Below are positions 19,983 to 28,701 of a stretch of 64,000 nt of DNA, piece by piece. Numbering within the stretch: position 1 is the stretch's first letter; each line of letters begins with the position of its first letter. The translations under genes were made by a program, and so were the position numbers. The DNA comes from Giardia intestinalis. Lineage: Eukaryota. The notes below the pieces were generated by a model. That model had not been told where the DNA came from. It worked only from the letters and a program-made list of their open reading frames with translations, and searched no databases. The DNA lies in the NCBI GenBank assembly GCA_000002435.2, contig CM018793.1, one strand, 5' to 3'.

Positions 19983-21335
19983 GTGGAGGAGATTCAGCTC
20001 GATGGTTTGGATCAGCACGGTGTGGATGCTATTAAGCGTAGGCTGACCGCTCTTCTAGGCACCCTTCACCCAGACGTTCTCAAATACCACCAGGTGCTTA
20101 CAGACGGCAACGCGATCCTTGTTGTCACAGACCGCTGCTGTGGAGACCTCCGGCAGTTCATCACCGACTACAGGGACATTCACGAACCTATTCTCAGCAA
20201 GCTGGTCCTCTCCCTTCTGGGGCAGCTGGCTGGCGCCCTTGCCCACCTCCACGGGCTCAGCAGAGGTGCCCACAGCGGCTTGCCCTCTAGCGTTGTCCTC
20301 GAGCCCGACAACATCATGTTCGCTGGGGACAGGCGACGTGTCGTCCTTGGAGACTTCGGGTTCTGCAAGGGCATATTGAGTGGAGCTGCGAAGGCCGGCG
20401 ACCCCGCGTACATGGCCCCCGAGACACTCCTCTGCGGTGACATGACCCAAGCATCCGACGTCTGGAGCCTCGGGGCCATCGCATACGAGCTCGCCACCCT
20501 GAGGAAGCCGGACTTCCTAGAAGGTAAAGACCCAAAAGACGTCTTCGTTGACGGATGGAGGCCAGACCTGAGCGGTGTCGCAGACGACCTCGCAAGGAGC
20601 GTCCTTGAAGGAATGCTCGTCCTCGATCCTGCCGAGAGGCCGACAGCCAGAAGGCTTGTCCGTCTACTTCTGAGGCTTGACATCTCTGCTGATGAACAGG
20701 AGGCCCAAGACACAAGGCTAAAGGAGGCGCGCGCAGCCTTTGCAGACGCCTTGAATAGAGCCAACAACGAAACAGTAGCTCTTAGGAAGGACCCTCCTGA
20801 TCGAGCTACAAGAATGGACATCATCAGGGAGCAGTGTGCTATTGCCGCCAAGCTATTCAGGGAAATACAGGAGATTAAGGCAGAGATGGGCGAAACAGAC
20901 GAGCCAGACGAAAGGGAGGATTCAGAAGAGCCAGAGAAGAAGCACCTAATAGAGGAGGACGACTCCACCGACCTCATGAGGGCAGTCGATAGAAACGACG
21001 TGGAGGCCGTGAAGGCCCTCATACCACTCCAGGGGGGCACGAAGATGAAGGGATGCGCACTTGTAGGTGACTGGAAAATATACGAGGGAACTGCCCTGAT
21101 GAGAGCGGCGGTATATGGATACACAGAGATCGTGGGGCTGCTCGTGGAGAAAGAGAAGGGACTGAAAGATAGCAACGGATGGACGGCCCTCATGTGGGCT
21201 GTGAAGAACGATCACACAGATTGTGTCAGGCTCCTCATGAGAGAGAAGGACTTGAAGGGTTATAATGGAGGGACTGCCCTTGAAATGGCTAAGTTATGGA
21301 GAAACCATGAGATAGTCGCCCTCCTCTCAGAGTAA
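19983..21335 (+). CDS. NEK-family (pseudo)kinase domain fused to C-terminal ankyrin repeats; N-lobe disrupted by a frameshift, and the homologous N-terminus lies in frame +2 from ATG 19781
   Basis: The kinase C-lobe is recognisable (VLGDFGF = DFG, PAYMAPE = APE, DVWSLGAIAYEL). The catalytic-loop HRD is degenerate (VLEPDN), and the beta-3 lysine is replaced (YLAVEEI vs paralog YLELAVKVI). Three to four ankyrin repeats sit at the C-terminus (TALMRAAVYGYTEIVGLLV...). The track ORF starts at GTG; upstream ORF 19781-20035 in another frame is homologous to the N-terminus of the NEK at 48.3-50.6 kb. Confidence 0.7.
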   Translation: MEEIQLDGLDQHGVDAIKRRLTALLGTLHPDVLKYHQVLTDGNAILVVTDRCCGDLRQFITDYRDIHEPILSKLVLSLLGQLAGALAHLHGLSRGAHSGLPSSVVLEPDNIMFAGDRRRVVLGDFGFCKGILSGAAKAGDPAYMAPETLLCGDMTQASDVWSLGAIAYELATLRKPDFLEGKDPKDVFVDGWRPDLSGVADDLARSVLEGMLVLDPAERPTARRLVRLLLRLDISADEQEAQDTRLKEARAAFADALNRANNETVALRKDPPDRATRMDIIREQCAIAAKLFREIQEIKAEMGETDEPDEREDSEEPEKKHLIEEDDSTDLMRAVDRNDVEAVKALIPLQGGTKMKGCALVGDWKIYEGTALMRAAVYGYTEIVGLLVEKEKGLKDSNGWTALMWAVKNDHTDCVRLLMREKDLKGYNGGTALEMAKLWRNHEIVALLSE

Positions 21336-22749
21336 ACGCCTTAAAGCCAATGGATTGAAGCGCCAGTGCCACATTTTACTGACCACCGAGAGACGGAAAA
21401 GTGCCGCCGCTCCCCTATAAAGCAGTCTAAGTAGCGCACCACAAGAACTAACCATATAGAGCGAACGTATCTCCACGGCTTGCCTGCTTCTGAGGACGCT
21501 TGGTGGCTCGTGGGAGCTGCTCAGACAACCTTATTTTTGCTTTGATGCATTGAGCAAGATGAGGGTGTAATAGTAGTTGACAACAAATGAAGGCAGGTCT
21601 CTCGTTCGTTCACCGCCCGGCATCTGAGACAAGAACTCGAGCTCGGGGGTCGCCCACCTCTAGAGAAGAACCTTGTGCTTCCTCCCTAGGGGGCCGTTGT
21701 TGCCCTGGGGTGCGTTCCTCTGGCCAACCTGGGCCAGCTGCTCCCCCGTATCCGATGGGCACCCGCTACCCCAGGGCCACGCAGCTCACCTTCCGCCTCA
21801 TCGAAGCTGGTCTGCCACCTGCCGGCCGAGCAATTCGTACCCCGTACAAGTCCTCCCCGCGGCAAGTGGACCCCGCCCGTTCGCCGCCCCAAGCCCAGAG
21901 TCCGGTATTCGGGTCAGAACGTCGGCCGAGTCCGGGGGAGAAGAGCCAGGCCGTGCACGCCAGCTCCGGCATCAACCGGAACGCCCTCCAGACCAGCCGA
22001 GGAACTAAGGCGCAATCTCTGCCGCCCAGTAGCACGACCGAGGCCGCGGTGTTGGGCGGACGACAGCACCAGAGCGCCCAGCTCGTCCAGGGCACTGCGA
22101 AGCGCCGCCCCTCGCAGGGGACACGCTCCGACGCCAGGAGAACGAGGGCCGCGGGCACTCATGAGCGCGCTTCCGGTGCTCCAGGTCCGGCCCGGGCCTC
22201 AGGAGCCCACTGAGACGGGGCGGTGGCACCGGGTGAACGTTGAACTAGTAGGAGCGGAAGAGCACGTGCCCGTCCTGCAGGAAAACCCTCCGCGATGAGG
22301 CCGTCCAGACGTATGCAGCACAGACACCGGATGTAGGGCGCTGCTGAGTGGAGTAATAGGAATAGAGAAGGACACCCCCCTCAGCACCCGTCGTGCGAAC
22401 GTGCTCAGGGGAGGGTACCTAACACCCCGCAGAGCCCCAGGTGAGAGCCGAGGAGACGTGCCTCGCTCACACAGCGGGGAAGCGGAGGAGCGGCATTCAC
22501 CACCCCACTGCCCGGCCTGCAGCCTCTGCCTCGCCTCGAGGGGGAGCTGCACCCTGACAGCGCCACCGACGACCAGCACCTTGCTATCCAGAGGGCCGGA
22601 TCAGGACGGCCTGGCCCCTGAGAGACAAGAGCCCCCTCAGCCATCGGAGAGCACGGACGGCCAGTCCACGGGGCTCGAAGTCTCCGGGCCTGCGCTGGCG
22701 AGTCCATCCGGGTGCAGGCCTTCAACGAGATCCTCGGCGCGATCCATAG

Positions 22750-23510
22750 GATGGGATGCGTGCTCTGTACGGTTCCGCCTGGCCCTTCCCCAAGAATGGG
22801 ACAGGACAAGCACGATCAACGGACGATCATGATTCGCTCCACAACACAGTTCCAAGGAGCTGCGTCGAGGCCTTCCTCCGGCTGCGACACGCTGCACTCC
22901 TGGACTCGGTCCCTCGGGGCCCTGCGCATGCCCCCATACTGCGTGGTACAGAACCTGCTCACCAGGAACTGAGGAGATACCTCGCTCACTGCCTTGCCGA
23001 CGACACATCCATCTTCCATAGTAGCAACAGTGATGCGACGGGGATAGCCACAGAGGCGACAGGCCTAGGAAATGCTATGGCTCGACGATCAGCACTGGGT
23101 GTAGGAGTACGGAGGGACAGGAGGCCTCTCTCCTGGCCGGGCTCGAAGGAGCCCCCAAGGCAACGGAGAGCCAAAGCTAGTGATGGCACTAATCACTCGC
23201 CGTGCTGGTTGAGACGGACCCACACGTGACCTATGTGAATCCCTCGACGAGCAAGTTGGGGCCCCTGGGGTGCTTGGCTGACAGAGGCGGACGAGTCCTG
23301 GCTGCCCACAACCAGCCGGCGGAAGGGGAGGTCCTAGAAGGCCCTGCGAGAAGCACAGCAGCTCCCAAGAGGATAGGGCAAACCTTCTTCTTCTCCCACG
23401 GGGATCTAGGACATCCGGCTCTCGGGTCTCGGACGGTGAGCGGGAGGTCCACTCAGAGCGATGGCTCGCATGGAGAGATTTACTTAGATAGCAGCCTTAG
23501 TGATACTCAG
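22750..23510 (+). mobile_element. highly degenerate non-LTR retrotransposon RT fragment (GilD-like relic) at the right edge of GC-rich block 1
   Basis: The frame containing ...VPRGPAHAPILRGTEPAHQELRRYLAHCLADDTSIFH aligns with the intact-ish relic at 45.8-45.95 kb (GVPQGGPLSTLLF...FLAYADDIVAFH), and nucleotide similarity continues through atggacctgacgatcag / atggctcgacgatcag. The surrounding 21.5-23.5 kb is about 65% GC with open frames on all six strands. Confidence 0.4.
23170..23493 (+). repeat. ~320-bp dispersed direct repeat, copy 1 (the second copy is at 55765-56082)
   Basis: Near-identical to 55765-56082 (about 3 mismatches in 320). Both copies end at the same nucleotide (...gatttacttagatagca). 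Flanking homology decays upstream, and the sequences diverge immediately downstream. Confidence 0.85.
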
Positions 23511-23594
23511 TTAGCCATTTAAAATATCAAACAAAATACCACATGGTGAAAGCTAATAAAGGACACAGCTGTAGTTTCTAGCGCAGTTACTATT

Positions 23595-26069
23595 TTAATG
23601 GGTGCTTGCAACGATAGACTGCTTGTAGAGCAGTGGAACTCCGGCCTTCTTTCGGAAAACGAAAAACCAAACCAGCACAGCCGCCACACCGCCGACGACG
23701 AGGACCACGCCGATGGCGATGCCAGAGATAGCACTAGACGAGAGGGCGGACTTTTTAGAGGTGTTATCGTACTCCAGACATATGGGCTTGACTGCGCCCT
23801 CTGGAACCACGCAGAGGCTGCACTTGGAGATCGCCTTGTGACACGCCTTGCACGTGCTCTCGGAGAAGTAGTACCCGGCCAGGCAGTCGAAGCATGCCTC
23901 CCCATGAGGACAGGTGGCGCAGCCCTTGGAGCACGCCTTGCACGCCCCCTTCTCCAGGTAGAACCCGCTGTTGCAGGCGCTACAGGCTCCACCGCTACAC
24001 ATTGCACAGTTCGTCGGGCATGTAAGGAGCGTTCCGTTGTACGTTATCCCGTACCCGGCCACGGTGCTGTCACACCAGCCGTCGCTCGCCTTCGTGCAGA
24101 CAGTCTTCCCGGGGAGGAGCGTGGAGGTGTAGCACCCCCCGTTGAGCCTGAAGGAGTTCGAGCTGCAAACAACACACCTACCGGCGGCGACATTCGCGCA
24201 CGCGATGCCAGCCGCCCGCGAGCTGGAGGAGGTGCACGCCCCGTTGTTGGGGTACTCCGTGCTCTTGACGCAGCGCGAGCAGTAGCTGGTCCCGCCCACC
24301 GTGAGCCCGCACTCTGCACAGCTGCTGTCCTGCACGCACTGCGGGACGCACGATCCCTTGGCACCGTCGCTGTACTGCAGCCGCCTCTTGGCAGGGCAGG
24401 AGGTGCAGTCGCCGGATGCCGGTCCGCTGCACGTGGCGCACTCAGAGCTGCACGGCTTGCATCCTCCCGAGCCCTCGACGTAGAGCCCGTCCCTGCATGC
24501 CTTGCACTTGGATTCCGACTCGCAGACTGCGCAGTTGCCGAGCGTGCACGCCACGCACCTCGAGACGCCGCCCACGGTGGCCTTGTAGTACCCGGCGGAG
24601 CCCAGGCAGTCCTTCACGCACAGACCGTGGGGGTCGAGGCTGTTGCCATCGGTACACTTTGTGCACACGTCTCTGTCCTCGCACGTGTCGCAGTTGGGGT
24701 CCTTGCACTTGGTCGCCACGCACTGACTATCGGAGAGTGTGTAGCCATACTTGCACTTCTTACAGCTCGATTCATCACACTCAGCGCAGTTCTCCACCGC
24801 GCACCCGACACACTTCCCGTCCTTCAGATAGGACTCGTCATCGCATGCGCAGCTGTGGACCGAGGATGAGGACTCCTGCACGCCCTTCTGCCCCTTGGGA
24901 CAGCTGGCCAGGCAGCTCCTCTTATCCAGGCTCAGGTAGAGGTCGCGGCACTCCAGACACTGAAGACTACTGTCCTTCATCTCACACCTTTGACATCCCT
25001 CTATTCCCCCGTTGGCTGAGTCCCCGCAGCGCCAGCATCCGTTGTTCTTGGTGAACACCTCTTTGGTTGAGCTGTTACATGCGGTACAAACGTTTTCTTT
25101 CACTGCTTGACAAATCTGAGATTCTATTTGATCCGAAACATCTTTAAATAAGTAGCATCCACCATAAAACAAGAAATATTGCCTGTTGCCCTCATTCTTA
25201 CAAGATGTACACCTTCCCGATTCAGGATCCTTTACGCAAATGTCTTCAAACCCAGTTATTGATAGACAGAGGCCATTCAGAGGAATCTCTGATGGGTTGG
25301 TGCAGCGAGAGCATAGGGATTGCCCAGACATCTCCATGATATTCTCCGGTAGACAGATGCTGTTGCTTATTGGAGTATCTCTGGCATAACAAGCATAAAA
25401 GCTCCAAATGTGTGTTTCGGGACAGTATCCACAAAGACCATTGCTTGCACCTTCAGTGATGTGCTTACATCGATAATCATACGAGCATGTATTTTTGTGG
25501 TCTGAACATTGGTAGCAATTTGGGACCACTTCTTGCTTTATCCTTGAAGAGTTACAAACTAGACACCCATATATCCCACTATATCCACCAAAGCCCACAG
25601 TGTCTCCGCATGAGATGCATCGCTCGGGAGTGCTAGTGCTGGGATTGGTGAAGGCTACAGATGGCTGCGTTTCGTTTGTTTTTGCACATTCTACACAGAT
25701 CCCCTTTTCTGCTCGTTCACAAATGAACTTTGTCCAGTCTTGAGATAAATTATAGCACCCACCATAAAAAACAAAGTGGTCATCGCCGCACTTAGTGCAC
25801 CATCCGCCTGTTTGAGATTTAGCACAGCCAGACCGAGTAGCCTTGGAATCTCCAGCCAGAACACACTTGCCATCAATCGGTACGTATCCAGACTCGCATT
25901 CTGTACAAAGAAATCGCGAGGTTACACCCAATATGCAACTATTTGGAAGGCAATTTGGTATTTTACCTTCGCAGAAGTATCCAAACCCATTGCGATATAT
26001 AGGTGCCTCCTCAGAGAAGAACTCTGCCAGAAGACAAACCAATAGCAGAACTGATAAAGATCGTGACAT
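23595..26069 (-). CDS. high-cysteine membrane protein (HCMP; VSP-like ectodomain without a CRGKA tail)
   Basis: 824 aa with signal peptide MSRSLSVLLLVCLLAEFF, more than 80 Cys arranged as repeated CXXC/CXC/GCY modules, a single C-terminal TM (ISGIAIGVVLVVGGVAAVLVWFFVF) and a short cytoplasmic tail RKKAGVPLLYKQSIVASTH. Confidence 0.85.
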   Translation of the reverse strand: MSRSLSVLLLVCLLAEFFSEEAPIYRNGFGYFCEGKIPNCLPNSCILGVTSRFLCTECESGYVPIDGKCVLAGDSKATRSGCAKSQTGGWCTKCGDDHFVFYGGCYNLSQDWTKFICERAEKGICVECAKTNETQPSVAFTNPSTSTPERCISCGDTVGFGGYSGIYGCLVCNSSRIKQEVVPNCYQCSDHKNTCSYDYRCKHITEGASNGLCGYCPETHIWSFYACYARDTPISNSICLPENIMEMSGQSLCSRCTNPSEIPLNGLCLSITGFEDICVKDPESGRCTSCKNEGNRQYFLFYGGCYLFKDVSDQIESQICQAVKENVCTACNSSTKEVFTKNNGCWRCGDSANGGIEGCQRCEMKDSSLQCLECRDLYLSLDKRSCLASCPKGQKGVQESSSSVHSCACDDESYLKDGKCVGCAVENCAECDESSCKKCKYGYTLSDSQCVATKCKDPNCDTCEDRDVCTKCTDGNSLDPHGLCVKDCLGSAGYYKATVGGVSRCVACTLGNCAVCESESKCKACRDGLYVEGSGGCKPCSSECATCSGPASGDCTSCPAKRRLQYSDGAKGSCVPQCVQDSSCAECGLTVGGTSYCSRCVKSTEYPNNGACTSSSSRAAGIACANVAAGRCVVCSSNSFRLNGGCYTSTLLPGKTVCTKASDGWCDSTVAGYGITYNGTLLTCPTNCAMCSGGACSACNSGFYLEKGACKACSKGCATCPHGEACFDCLAGYYFSESTCKACHKAISKCSLCVVPEGAVKPICLEYDNTSKKSALSSSAISGIAIGVVLVVGGVAAVLVWFFVFRKKAGVPLLYKQSIVASTH

Positions 26070-27296
26070 GCCGAGTGTTATTCTTTATCAAATACCTATA
26101 GAATTTACATGCAATGAAGTAAGCAGGCTGTTGGGAAACCAGTTTCAGGAACAAGGTTATTGAATCAGCCTCCCTCACGATCCCCGGAAGAAGAGCATGG
26201 GCGCGTTGTTTGTAGAAAAACTCACTCTACTTACACGAATTGCCTGGTTACACGACAGCCTAGGCAGTCTGTGTCTAGGCGCCACAACAAAAGACGTCAT
26301 TCTATTCTGCTTGTATTCATTGTTAAAGAGACTACTTACGCTACAGCATCGACATGTTGATGCCCTACCGCTCCCGCAAGGTCTACGGTGCAGAGGGTTC
26401 CTCAGTGGAGACGCACTGGACGAACGCGTCTAGCACATAATGTATCTCACCAAGGGCTCTTCAGCTTCATGAACACCATTTCGGGTCGTGAGTGGGCACC
26501 TGTGGGCAAGCTCTTAGGGAGTTGCATGGCTTCAAGTAGTTGTCCATTCTATGACCTGGACAAGTCACGCGCCAAGGGCCAGCACTAACACCTCTGATAA
26601 GTAGGGTGCTATGAGGATAGCACTCCAAGGTCCGCTGGATGTCTGGGAGCACCAGCTCGCCAGAAGGCATCATTTGCCAGCACAGGCTATCCAGGTCTTC
26701 TTTCCTGGAAGGGATCGTGGCCACGGGGCTGTGTCTTTCTGCCCACCGGTGCCTCATTGTCCACAAGGCCCTCAATGCTTGAAGCATCGAGCCCAGAAGA
26801 TGTCCAGTCAGCAGAGTGCTGGCCTCCGCAATGACCGTTCGAGACTCATCAGTGCAGATCCAGTGTCGGGAGGATCTTCACTCCTTCCAGAGGCACGGCA
26901 CATCCAGCGAATCGTCGTCTGAGGCCTTCCCTGCACCCACTCAACAGTCTCTGTAGAGGGGCCTGACACGTGACCCTCTGCAGGCTGTGCTGAGTGAGGG
27001 TGCTGCTATTGCGTGATGGCATGGTCCTCCTCTCTTTTACCTGTAGGTGAGGCAGCCGATCACTACCAGCCTTTTATACCCGCTGACGTGCACGGCACAG
27101 CAAGAAGATTGACTGCATGGCTACCGTACCTGCCTGTGAACCGGGCGTAGGCAGAGCAGGGTGTCGTGGTCCGGTGGTGCCCAGAAGCTATGCAGAGGCA
27201 ATGGGCCTTTGATAGAGATGGCCTCAGGTGGAGGCTCGGCCGCACAGATGGAAACAACTACCAATAGAATCCACCAATGACGCGTTTACTCCTAAG

Positions 27297-27710
27297 TCAC
27301 GCCTTCCCTCTGCAAATGAACTCTACAAGACCACTTGCAACAACGATCACAGCCACAGAAATACCTGTAATAGTACCAGTAGAAGCACGCTTCTGTTAAC
27401 ACTAAAAGACACGCACTTGTTATCATCATCTAGAACAAATCGTCGTTACACTCTGTACACGTATTGCCGAGACTCCGTCACACGTGTTAGTCTCAGAGTT
27501 TGGCGTTCCCTGAGGGCACGTGGCGTAGCAGTCGCCTCTGTAGAGGTAGGTGTTCCCCTGGCACACCCCGTCGATTGGGACGTGCGTGGCAGCGCACTTT
27601 GTGTAAAGCTCTTTAATGATACTATAATGTTTAATATCTAAGCAAATATCTTCAGCTGTACAATTTCCATAGCCAGGACATTCTTTTGAAGCTACTAAGA
27701 CTAACTCACA
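27297..27710 (-). pseudogene. VSP gene 3' fragment (pseudogene): cysteine-rich ectodomain piece, TM helix, CRGKA stop and VSP poly(A) signal, with in-frame stops and no start
   Basis: Minus-strand translation gives ...ASKECPGYGNCTAEDICLDIKHYSIIKELYTKCAATHVPIDGVCQGNTYLYRGDCYATCPQGTPNSETNTCDG..., then three in-frame stops, then ...STGTITGISVAVIVVASGLVEFICRGKA* followed by TGA-CTTAGGAGTAAAC. There is no upstream signal peptide or ATG. Confidence 0.6.
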
Positions 27711-28701
27711 ACGTATTGAAACGATTGAGTAAACATTTTTCCTACTGGTTCTTAAGTACTTATCGTAAAAAAGCCTCGCTAACTTGAGTTCTAGATCACA
27801 ACAATTGATAAGTGAAGAAGCTCTTATAAATCATAGCACAATCCTAAAGTCCGATATTTAGGATTGCTTCGCACACACCACCTTACTACAATCACAAGTA
27901 ACAACAAAAGCTGAGAGAACTGATACGTCAGTACCATCCGATAATGTAGCTGGCAATAAATTACTTTAGTGTAACTATAATAAAATGCCTTTGATAAGAT
28001 TGTTTAACAAAAGGTAGCCATAATGAATATATAAATGCTAGATTCATGAACCTCCTGACGTTGAGCATTAGGCAGTGTAATGCTACCAAAGTATGTAGGC
28101 AAATAAAAAGCATAGTAAACTCTATAAGTGGTATTGACTTTTCTTTTAAGATGGTTCATGTGGACCCAGTGGCAGAGGCAGCTGCGATAGCATGAGTAGC
28201 TATACTTTGGCTAACAATTACATATGGTGATGATACGTGAATCAGCACCGTTGCACTGTCAATTCTAAAAGATCTGTCCGATAGACGCTGTATCATAGTA
28301 AGCAAAAGATTGCCATGACGGACAGTAAGTAAACAGCTATAAAATAGATGATTGAGGTCCAGAATACTGAGCTGTATAGACAAAATTCATGGGGAATGTC
28401 TGCAGAATCTTTACAGAGCAACTGCACGGTACAAACGAATACGCATATCTGAGAGCTGTCTCTACAGTAGGAGTGAAAGTGTTATAAAGATCCTTCTTGT
28501 GATGGTAGCGACAGTGTAAGCATAGATACTACTTCAGAGTGTCTGGTGACGATTAAGGAAGATCGAGTAGGAGGATCCGATGCAGGGAATTGATCTGCAT
28601 TCTCTACTCATTAGAACCTGCTCTACTAGGGCATACAGCCAGACTCCATGGCTACTGAGAGAAGACGATCCTCAAGAACATAACGATTTCTTTTTGTTTA
28701 A

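Noticed and set aside
19900-20040. Spliceosomal intron as the explanation for the frame switch at the NEK N-termini (also at 48630-48720 in the second NEK)
   Set aside because: No GTATGT-type 5' splice site or [AC]CT[AG]AC-AG branch/acceptor in the junction regions. The two paralogs break frame at different positions by small indels, which fits frameshift mutation or sequencing error better.
20180-21193. 337-aa minus-strand ORF opposite the NEK-ankyrin gene, and similar ORFs opposite the second NEK (48958-50434)
   Set aside because: Ser/Ala/Arg-rich antisense artefacts of GC3-biased coding sequence.
21587-23229. Stack of 60-200-aa ORFs on all six frames in the 21.5-23.5 kb GC-rich island (for example 21587-22213, 21766-22158, 22199-22579, 22405-22809, 22637-23008)
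   Set aside because: Arg/Ala/Gly/Pro-dominated composition, mutual overlap in every frame and about 65% GC indicate stop-codon depletion, not coding. Only the RT-like remnant at the right edge has any homology support.
21500-23500. Possibility that the GC-rich islands are rDNA fragments (Giardia rDNA is about 75% GC and subtelomeric)
   Set aside because: I could find no stretch resembling conserved SSU/LSU cores (for example GTGCCAGCAGCCGCGGTAA). RT and endonuclease motifs explain at least two of the islands instead.
28200-28400. Box C/D snoRNA candidate in the AT-rich desert (GTGATGA at 28228 and CTGA near 28367)
   Set aside because: The boxes are about 135 nt apart, with no convincing terminal stem or internal D'/C' boxes that I could pair by eye. 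Without a snoRNA scanner and rRNA complementarity this is not supportable.
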